Shown here: one piece after another, positions 53,032-62,341 of the stretch | Layout: every line of letters begins with the position of its first letter | Position numbering within the stretch: position 1 is the first letter of the stretch | Source: Peribolospora baueri | Lineage: Eukaryota | DNA: 62,341 nucleotides | Reading direction: 5' to 3' | Assembly: GCA_029717555.1 (NCBI GenBank) | Contig: JAMDHS010000112.1 | Coordinates: forward strand, 1-62,341 | The notes under the pieces: model-generated | Seen by the model: only the letters and a program-made list of their open reading frames with translations | What the model was told of the DNA's origin: nothing | Databases searched by the model: none | Made by a program: the position numbers and the translations under genes

Positions 53032-53660
53032 ATCAACACGCTTCAGAACCATTGCCACGCACGGTGATCGCAAGGCATTCAAGGCCGCTCGCTGCCTTTT
53101 CCCTCCCGGACGCGGCGCTATTCCAAATGTGAGCGCGACCCCGGCCTGCGTGCCCTCCCGCTCGCTCTCCACGGCTGACCCCCCGCCCTCGCCTCGCCTT
53201 CCCCTCCCCCGTCCCCTGGTTGGCCGTCGTGCCGGCGCAAACAGGCTGTTCAACAACTACGTGCATCTTCTTAAGGAAGTCCCCGACGCGGGCCAGACGG
53301 GCCTACTGATCGAGCTGCACCCCTACGCCGCCGTGCTGGCGAACCGCAGCAAGTGATGCTTTGCCAACCGCTGTCGGTTCTACAACATGAACATTGCCGC
53401 GCGTTGACGTCGCCGGAGAACGACCGGAGGATCCGCGACTGGTCGCGGACCCACGCCGAGGTGGTTCGGGCGGCGGAGAGCCAGCGTCCTGGTTCGGAGC
53501 TCCCCTCGGGACAAACCAAGGGCTACGACAACTACGGCCTGGGGGACGAGCGGGTTCGCGACGTGTTTGGCGAGAACTACGAGCGCCTGGGCAGCTCAAG
53601 GCGCACTACGACCCGGAGATGCTTTTCAACAAATGGTTCCCCATTACACCGGCTGCATAG
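53032..53660 (+). pseudogene. FAD-linked oxidase C-terminal part with BBE domain, frameshifted
   Basis: INTLQN/IATHGDRKAFK, LLIELHPY, CFANR..FYN, GYDNYGLGDERVRDVFGENYERL/QLKAHYDPEMLFNKWFPITPAA. The motifs fall in different frames and there are internal stops. Confidence 0.85.
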
Positions 53661-53794
53661 AGTTCCGCTCCGCTCCCACCCTCCCCCGTCCTCTACCTTT
53701 TCGCCCCGGCTAACCCTGTCCTCCTTCGAATCCGTTGGAGAGAGGCAGGTCTGTGATGTAGTCCATCGAGACATGTGCTTCGTTTTTATAGAAT

Positions 53795-53821
53795 AGAAAA
53801 AAAAAAAAAAAAAAAAAAAAA
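53795..53821. repeat. Poly(A) homopolymer of about 26 nt
   Basis: Seen directly. Confidence 0.9.
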
Positions 53822-56800
53822 GGCCTTGGGTCCCGCGCTCGCTTTTCCTTCCCGCTCCCGCCGCCGCCGCCGACCCTTCCCTCCCCTCTCCCCCCAAATC
53901 CACTCCACCCCGCCCCGCACTGTCGGTCATTGTGAGCCGCCGCCGCCGCCGCCGCTGTCGCCGCCTTGCAAAGCTATCGAGCGTTGAGACCGGGAAAAAA
54001 AAGAAAAAGGCACGAGAACGAGAACGAGCGCAGTAGCAGTAGCAGCAGCAGCATTTCGTAATAGTAGCAGGAACAAAAAAAAGAAACAGAAACGGAAACA
54101 GTTGCTGAAGCAGAAGCAGAAGCAGAAGGTAACAGCGCGATTCGTACAAAGTCGGGACGCGGGCGACGGACGGGACGTGCATTTTTTTCTTTGCTCGGCA
54201 GGAGGGACGGACAAGGCAGATGTACTTTTTTCCTTCTTCTTCTTTGTTTCACTCTTTTGACTACGTGTACGCGTACGCCACAGCCGCGGTCGGCGCAAGA
54301 GAGAGAGAAAGGAAAAGGGAAAATGAGAGTCGATGTGGGGAGACGGGCGGAGGGAGGGAGGGACGGGAAGGAGGGGGGCGGGATGGAGAAGAAGGGAGGA
54401 CGGGAAAGGAGTGGGTCGGCCCACCTGTCCACCTGCCTGCCTGCCGGCCACGATGGTCCAGAACAACGATTTGCTGCGGCACCACTGCGGCCGTCGTACG
54501 ATGAGAAGACGGAAAGATACGGCGTGTGCCAAGGGAAAAATACGGAGAGCGAGAGCGGAAAGATACGGAGTGTGCCAAAGAGCGAGAGCGAGACCCGGAA
54601 AGGAGCGCGAGAGCGACGAACGGGAGACGGTGGCGGACAGAGACCGGGAGAGAGGCCGGAGAGAAAGAAAGACTAGGTGAAGGTGGGGAAAGACGAGCGG
54701 CGTAGAGGGCGGAATTGTCAGAACCCGTTGCCCGAACCCGTCTTGTTGCCGAAGCACAGTACTGTGCCGATGTAGCGGGTACGAAGATGGAAGTCCGAGT
54801 GCAGACCGTCTCGGGGTTTGTACATATGGAGCAGCGGGGCGACGGTGCGCACGCACGCGACCGGAGAGGCGCGGGGGAGCGTGCGCGACGTACCGTACTG
54901 CTCTCCCGTTAGGTTGAAGAATGTCTCTAAGGAAATGCGTATGATTTGCACCGAGGGGCATGATCGCCGACGTGGGCGGTGGATAACCAGAGAAGCCCGT
55001 TACGCCCACTAGCACGCGAGGAGGTTTAAAAGGGTTCTGGAGTGTACCTGCCCCAGGTTCCAAGCCAAACGCCCACCGATCGCTCTTTCCCAAGGACAAA
55101 TAGCGTCGCAATCCGAGGGAGAGACGTATCAAGAGGGCACAATCTCTCACCTGGCCTCCCACCGTTAGCAAATCAATCCACTGCGCAAGCCTTCATGCCA
55201 CGCAACGCACTGCTCGTGCTCCCACAGCGATGACTGAACTCGGCATTTCGAGGCTTACGGAAGGTTAAAACCAATGGTTGACAAGGGTTGTCGATTGGAC
55301 AGAGTTGGAGCTGGTCTACGGCGATAAGCCGCCAGGACGACGTTAGACTTGGATGTCGTACCAGCCTTTTGCGAGCGGCCAGAAGGAATATTCCTCGCGC
55401 CAACCACACTTCGGTCGGCCCTAAGCTGATGTCCTGCATCTCACTAACCTAACCGAACGAACACGCCTTACCAACCGCCTTTACTGAAGGTGCAATGCTG
55501 AGGGTGACCAACCAGTCGACGCTCTGCATTCAACCCGGTCGTTCCCGCATTCTCCTCTTCCCCACACGCACCTAGTTTTCGCCTTCATTCCGCCGTCTCC
55601 CCTCGTCGGCCTCACGGTCTCCCTGATTTCGTGGCCACCGCGTTTTCCTCTGCTATTCGTCTCCACTTCTACCAGTATCCAGCCATTCGCCCCAGCCTAT
55701 TATCATAGCTTCCCGGGTTCCAACCTTGCCACCTTCTTTGTGGGACTGCGTTATCGATGACAGGTGAGCGATGTCGCCGGCAGGGACAGAAAGGCAGTCG
55801 TATATCCGTTCAAAAACAAACTTTGGAAGCGATCCAGCTAGGCAACTTGCTCCAGCGAGCGTGTCATGACTACATTCTCGATCGCGAGGATCTACCCAAA
55901 CAAAGGGAGACCACGTCGCTGGCGCGCGAAAGGCGACACATCTGCCCTTGATGTCTACGTTCATACATTATGCGTCATAGCAGACCGAGATCGACGATCG
56001 TGCAGCGTGCTATGTGATTTAGATTCTCTGAACCTTCTACATCCGTTCGGTGTTGGTCAACCGCATCGTGTACTAATGACGGTCGAGCGGGGCTCAAACT
56101 CTTCCCCGCTCACCATCCATCTTCGCTTACATCTCAACACTGCCCTCATCTGGCTATATCGGCCTAGCGTCTTGATTGAGTTTATCTAGGAAGGGTGCTA
56201 GTGCATTGCTTCTTGGGCAACGGAATCCTCCTTGCGTTGGTTCTTGGGCGGCGGTGGACGCCGAAACAAAAGCGAGCAAGACGGCTTTGCTGATGAAATT
56301 CATCGTAGCAAGCGGACGATGGAAACGAGGGCGACATGCGAGATGAGGAGCGGTCAAGGGACAAGGACGCGGTAGGGAGACGCCTTCACGAATCGCCTAT
56401 ATTTTAATCTCTATTATTTATGCCTTTCAGGGCGATTCAAGTTTTACAGGGCTTTTTAGGGGACGCTAGCATCATTCGCAACGCGGGCCGCATCGCAACG
56501 TCCAAAGGTGGAGGTGGAGTTCTCCGAGCTTTACCTAAATGCCCAAACCCAAACTACACTTGGCGCCATGCCCTTTGAAGCAGAGCTGTCACCGCTGGGA
56601 TGTCAAGAATTGGGTCACGATAGGGCTGGGGACTGGGACTGGAAACCTCCTACCGTCCTTAGCTCAGGTCGCTAGACAGAGAGGGGACAAAGGATGGGTC
56701 GATGGTGCCAGTCCTGGGAGCTGACAGCTCGGGCTGGAAAGGGGAGTGTTGGGAGCTGAGGCTGGACAAGGAAGACTGGGCAGGAGAGTAGGCAGGGGAA

Positions 56801-57296
56801 AATTTAGGCATGACAGGTGCAAAAAGCTGGGGAAGGAAACGGACAGAGAAGAACCTGAGGACGGAGCCAGGTGACAGGTGGGGATCTCCGGGAAGGGCGG
56901 GGAGACATGGAATGGACCTGGGCGGCCCGGACAACTGGGAGGGGTTGGAACGTTAAGTTCCATCAGTGCGGATGAAGTTTTATCTATGCGACTAAAGTTA
57001 ATGCCGATGACGAGGGGGATGCAAAGCTTTGTCAGGAGACGAACTGTGGAGGATGGCCGTGGTCCAAATCGACAAGATCGGCCTTCGTCGCTCCGATTTG
57101 CGAAGACATGTTGGAAAGGATGGCACTCGCGCAACGGCTCGGCTGTCCGTGCAAACGTGCGCACTCGTGTCCTGACTCTGCCAAGCCGACCCAAGCGATA
57201 TCCGGCAGGAATATAAAAAGCGAAATCAGCTGAACCGACCTTTCCCCAGCGCACCCACAAACGGGGCAGCGGAGTTATGACGGGAGATGGACTCAT

Positions 57297-60095
57297 ATCA
57301 GGCTTGACGAGCAGAGCGGATTGCAAGCAGTCTACCGCCTTGTCATAGTCCTGTCGACAGTCCCATCAGAATAGAAACGGTCAGTGCTTCGGTCCGGAAG
57401 AAACGAAACTGCCAACCTCTACAGACTGGCATGCCTTGCACTCCCTTCGCTAGTGTTGAACAAGACGCCCAATGCGATCTCTACGTCCACGTTCACCTCT
57501 CCGACCGGAGCGCTCCTGGTCAGCTGCATAAGCAAGCCGGTCAGGTCGAGGTGCTTGGATGCTTCCGCGCTCCCGCCGTCGCCTAGTTCGAGGGGCGAGC
57601 TCTCGCCGCCGACCTCTAAAGGTTTGGGGCGGCGGTGGACCTGGCCCGGTAAGCGCGGACGAGGTCGGCGTAACGGGGATTGTGCTCGATCCACCTCTAT
57701 GGCCTCATACGCGCTTGCACGGTCATTCTCGTTGGTGTAACTGACAGCGAGGGGGCGGGTCGGACGGGTCGAGCTCGACGGCGCGACGGAGGGCGCGGAT
57801 GGCGAGGCCCTCTCGCTCATTGGCTTGCCTGTACTCCGAGCTCGAACCACGTCGATGCGTCCGCCGGATCGCGTTGAACGGCGGCTTGGCGCTCTAAAAC
57901 AGTCTCGGCGACCGAGTCGGGGCCGCGGCCGGCGTGGCGAGCGTGGTGGAAGGTGGTGTCTTTTTCCAGGTATGGGTTCTGACGCTGGAAGGGATAAGCG
58001 CGGTCCTGGTCCCGGTGCGACACAGGCCGGATACCAGCCGATGCTGCCTCGAAGGCATCCCAGTCCCTCTGAAGCGTGTCCTACTCCGCGCCTGAGGGCC
58101 AGGCGCCTGAGGGCCAGGCACACCTCTTCTTTGAGTGCCTCTCCACCGCCTTCCCACAAAGTCCTCGTCCTCCCATCGCTCCTATTCGTCCTCCTTGTCC
58201 TTCTCCTCCCACTTTTCCGTCGCACCGGAAACGCGCGTCGACATACCATGCCTGGACGACTCGGCGCGGAACTTGGACGCTGCCTCCTCCAAGAGAGCGT
58301 CTTCATCATCTGACTTTTGGATCCCATCTCCATCGCCCTGGAACTGCGCGCCAGACCTCCGACGAGCCTCCTCCCTCTCGCGCTCCTGTACGACAGCGTC
58401 TTCATCGGCCCAAAGCTCGTTGAGCTCGCGTCGGCCCTCCAGCTCCTGTGCAAGAGGGAGTGCGGACGGAATGCCGGTCGTCCTTCCCTGCTGGGCAAGC
58501 TGTCCGGCCGCAACGTATTCGCCCAGCGGCAGGTCTCCGCATCTGGGGCGTTGCTTGGTTCAGAGACAGGCTGATGCATCTCGATGTCCTGTCCAAGGTC
58601 TCTTGCCTTGCCCTTTCCCTTGGCACCTCCAACGCCGTCGCTGACGCCGGCAGAAGGTGACCCCTGTCCTTTCTCGACCATCTCGTTGCCCTCTATAGTG
58701 ACCTGTTTATCCCTGATCTGCTTCATGAGGCCCAGGAAGGCGCTCTTGCCGAATTTGGGGTTCTGTTCGTGCTCGACAGACGAGACCAGAAGTTCGGCAG
58801 TGCGTGCCAGCTAGTCCCTCTCCTCGTCGTCATTGAAGTCTTGCCTGGGCGGCGGGGCGCTGTCTCAGCGACGACGGGAGCGGCTTGCGCGAGCGCATTT
58901 AGGGCCTGGACGGGTGAGGTGGGCCCTTGGTCCCCTTGCATCTGCTCGTGCGCCATGAAGGCCTCATCCTACGAGGGATCTGCGTGTGCGTGTGCATGTG
59001 CGTGTGATATGTGCCATGCGCAGAAAAAGGTCATCAGCTCGCTGGGTCGACCTTTGCACATCGGGACGCGATATCGCTCACCCAATCCCAATCTCGTCAT
59101 TTCCTTGTCCAGTTCATCGACCGCCGCAGGCGACCTGGACCCCGCTTCGAGCATGCGATCCCTCATCACGCTGTTCTCCCTCATCCATGCCTCCTGACGC
59201 TGCTGCCTGTACATGCCTTGCATCATCCTTGCCCTCATCATGTCCTCCTCCATGTTCCTCATCGCGTTCACGCTCGCCACGCCATTTCCACAGCGCTGGC
59301 TATCCCAGGAGAAGCCCTCGGAGATGAAGTCTGGAGCGCACCGGGCGCTGAGCGGTCCTTGTTGATCTCACTATGACCTGCCGGCAGCTGGACGAGTTCT
59401 GCTTCAGGAAGTCGGCCACCCATCCGGCGTTTCCAAATCCCACTCCCGTCGTCGCACCGGGGCCTCCGCCGAATTGATGGTGTGAACTCGCGCCAGCGGC
59501 TCTTGCGGCGAGGAAGGCGTCCTCGAAGTCTTCATGCGACGCCGGATGCGGACCCTGTTGGTGCTGCCCCTGAAATGAGAGTACTGGAGTGGCGACGGCG
59601 TCGGGTTGGAAGAGACAAAGGCATGCGGAGGAGGCGAAGGTGACGGCAAGGTTTGCAGACGAGTCTGATCGAGTGGGGACGGCGTCCCGGGCCCGAAGAA
59701 GCGAGAGGCATCGGTGTCTTGCCCAGATGAAGGGGCACGCTGGGCGGAGCGGAAGGGCTGTGAACCAACAAAAGTGCGGTGGTAGGGTGCAAAGAAACGG
59801 CGATGCTACAAGAGGTCAGCGTCTATTAAGCGGACTACGCTCACCGCGGACGAGGGCCCGGCTTGAGGGACAAAGCGATCCTGCGGAACGGTAAGGAATA
59901 GAGGCGTATGATGAGCGATGGTATCAGAGCGCGACGTAGAAAAGTCGCTCCAGCCGCTTTGTCTACCATGCCCAGCAGGATCCGCATCTCACCTGCTGAG
60001 TCCCAGGGATCCTGACCAAACGTCTTGGCGAAGCCCTGCAGCAGCTTCGACGGCCCGCATTCAGCGCCGCCGCTTACGAGCTGGGAGAGCGACAT
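57297..60095 (-). pseudogene. PEX5: Peroxisomal PTS1 receptor PEX5, multiply frameshifted and 3'-truncated
   Basis: MSLSQLVSGGAECGPS (conserved N-terminal Cys), QQ|DRF, WxxxF motifs (WVADF, W|DEAF), NPKFGKSAFLGLMKQIRD, YPFQRQNPY, TPRs AAVQRDP..WFELGV, LAVSYTNE, DVEIALGVLFN, DYDKAVDC..AL.VKPD. Confidence 0.88.
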
Positions 60096-60470
60096 GGCGA
60101 GCACGGCGGCGGGAGCGCCTGCTGCGGCGACCCGGTCAGTCCGTCAGTCAGTCCCCCCTTGTCCCCCTTCCTCCGCACCCCCACGTCGGACGATTGCATA
60201 CGACTGCTGGGAAGGCTTTCCGCCAATCATCTTCCAGACCAAGTCGATGCGCCCTCGCTTGCGCACTGACTCCTTCTCCTTTTCTTCTTTATCTATCCTC
60301 TTTCTTTCTTTACAGCCGTCTCGATCTGCTGACGATGCCACTCCGTGGGCCCTCCTTTTTCAAAGCAGCGTCTCAGCATCGCCTTAGTTAACGCTCTTCG
60401 GTTGACCGGGAACGTAGTGCTGCTTCCTCCTTGTCCACGTTTACCACCCTCCCCCTCTCCCTTCCCTGCC

Positions 60471-61495
60471 ATGAAGAGCTCGCCTCTCCTCTCCTTCGTG
60501 GCCCTGACCCTGGCCATTGCTACTGCTCAGCCCGCGACGGCTGCAGCGTTGACCAGCGTTATCCCTTCCTCCCATGCGGTTGGCAGCGCAGTCAGGCGCG
60601 GTGGCGATAATGTCCCTCTCGGCTCTGGCAACCAGCAGTCTAACGGTTCGGGCAATGGCAACGACAAGAGCAACTTTTCCGGAAACGCCAAGGCCATGCA
60701 GATGGCCCACGGCGGCATGGTGCGTTTAGTCCTTTAACCTACATATTCCACCTTACCTCCCTCCTTACTGTCAATTGATCTTGGTGTCCTTGCTTCGGCC
60801 GAAACGAGCAGGGCGGCAAGGGCGGTTCGGGCCATAACGCTGCCAAGGGCTTCCACAAGGGCGGCTTCGGCGTCTTCTCAGGCACCGGTCTCGCCATGGG
60901 CGGCAATGGTGGCAAGGGCGGCATGGGCGGCATGGGTGGCAAGAACAAGAACAAAGGTATATAATCTGTCGAGGATTTTTTTTGAATGAAGTTGGGCTTT
61001 CCATGGGCTCATTCGGTTTCCTGTGCCCGTGTTCCTCATTTGTGTGCCCTTCTAGGCGGCCTCAACATCTTCAATACCTGGGACAATGGCGTCGATGGCG
61101 GCTCCCACCGCGCCGCTGTCGATCCCCCCATCGTTAGTGGTTCCATGACGGTCTCGGCCCCCATGGCAAGTTCCCTCTTCACGGCATCGGCAAGCGCGGT
61201 GGCAATGATGTCAAGCGGCGTGGCAATGGCAAGTGGAGCAAGTGCGGTAACGCTAAGTCCAAGCGGATTGCCAACGGTGTCTTTGTGAGTCTTCTGCACT
61301 CTCTGTTTCCTTCCTTCGCTTCCTCTCTCGAGGTTTATGCCGACCAATCATGTTTCCGCATCCATCTCATTGTGGTACAGGGCGGCAAGGGCGGCTCGGG
61401 CCACTACGCAGCCAAGGGCTTCCACAAGGGCGTTTGGACTTGGTGACGGTAACGGTGGCATGGGCGACATGGGTGGCAAGAACAAGAAACTTGGG
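60471..61495 (+). pseudogene. Secreted Gly/Lys/Asn-rich repeat protein, second repeat frameshifted
   Basis: Signal peptide MKSSPLLSFVALTLAIATA; exons 60471-60719, 60812-60956, 61056-~61283 and 61381 onward; exons 2 and 4 are near copies (GGKGGSGH.AAKGFHKG...MGGKNK). Confidence 0.65.
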
Positions 61496-62112
61496 CGGCC
61501 TCAACACCCTCTTTGGCGGGAACTGAGCGTCTCGCCGGACTCCATCCCGTGCACTCTGCGACTGCGCTCCTGCTCTTGTCGGCGGTTAGCAGTATCGGAT
61601 CTTATCTAGACTGGCAGAATGATGAGCAGCCAGACGTTGTCACCGGACGTACACGCCACTTAGGTCGCGATGGCGGCTTGTTCCGTCTGTTCGTGAGAAA
61701 AAACGTACGATATCGTACCACACGGTGCTCACTCCACTCAAGTCTTTGTGGGAGACGCTATTCATGGCAGCCTTATCGAAATGTGTCCTTCGATACCTGT
61801 CTAGATTGCTTGTACAAGATGCCGACTTGTCTCTAACGCCGCCTCCGATCCGGGGGTACTGTCACACCTCCGCTCATGTCAGGGATCGCTCCCTACTCAG
61901 GTCGTCGGGTGGCAAGGCAGGAGGAACAGAAGGGGTTGCACCAGGAGTCGACACCGAACCGAGACAGGAGGAGGAAAGAGAGCAAGGGAGCAGAGAGGCA
62001 AGACAAGACTCAAGGACCTGAGCGGTGACAAAAGTATTCTTAGCTTGGGGGAAAGGAGAGGTGGAGGCCCTGTCGGGCCCTCATATATATTCAAGGCAGT
62101 CGTGTCATCTCG

Positions 62113-62164
62113 GATCGGAGGCGGCGTTCATGACAGTCCCAGATCGGAGGCGGCGTTCGTGACA
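62113..62164. repeat. 23-bp direct repeat, 2 copies at 29-bp spacing, just downstream of a TATA-like TATATAT
   Basis: gatcggaggcggcgttcatgaca at 62113 and gatcggaggcggcgttcgtgaca at 62142. Confidence 0.85.
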
Positions 62165-62341
62165 CACTTACTTGTTCCCCGCCGCAGTCCGATCGATCAG
62201 ACGGCAGTCCCGAGAGCTCTGGTCGCTGATGAGAACCAGCTGATGGAGTTAACGTCGGAGAGCGGGAGAGTTACTCTATCTATGGTGCAGATGTACCATT
62301 CTCTACCGTTGCAGCCTCTGCATGCGAAAGTGTAGCGGTAC

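Noticed and set aside
53927..55171. 414-aa minus-strand ORF
   Set aside because: Composition follows simple repeats, with no domain and a non-ATG start.
62113..62164. Direct repeat as a CRISPR array or LTR
   Set aside because: Only two copies with a 6-nt gap, a eukaryotic context, and no cas or retroelement ORF.

Overview
GC-rich, intron-rich eukaryotic DNA, read as a basidiomycete fungus (GTGAGT/CAG introns of about 70-110 nt; species not determinable). The left ~40 kb holds mostly intact genes: SCO1, ARS2/SERRATE, a secreted type-B carboxylesterase, an alpha/beta hydrolase, a BRD7/9 DUF3512-like protein, a StuA-type APSES factor, ERG6, galactonate dehydratase, formate dehydrogenase, ALG7, a 6PF2K/FBPase-2 family gene and SPE2, plus one damaged Zn2Cys6 gene. 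The right ~22 kb is a zone of rearrangement and decay. A ~10.6 kb inversion (~42411-53031), reconstructable to within 1-2 bases, cuts a CsgA-like SDR inside an intron and an FAD-oxidase inside an exon, and flips a golgin-like gene, an MFS transporter and HSP90. The zone also holds a multiply frameshifted PEX5, a decayed Gly/Lys-rich secreted repeat protein and other remnants. Smaller oddities: HSP90 splices to end in MEALD rather than MEEVD, the 6PF2K start codon is split by an intron, and FDH has an in-frame presequence-like N-terminal extension. I recognised no RNA genes, CRISPR arrays or transposon ORFs. All exon structures were inferred by eye.
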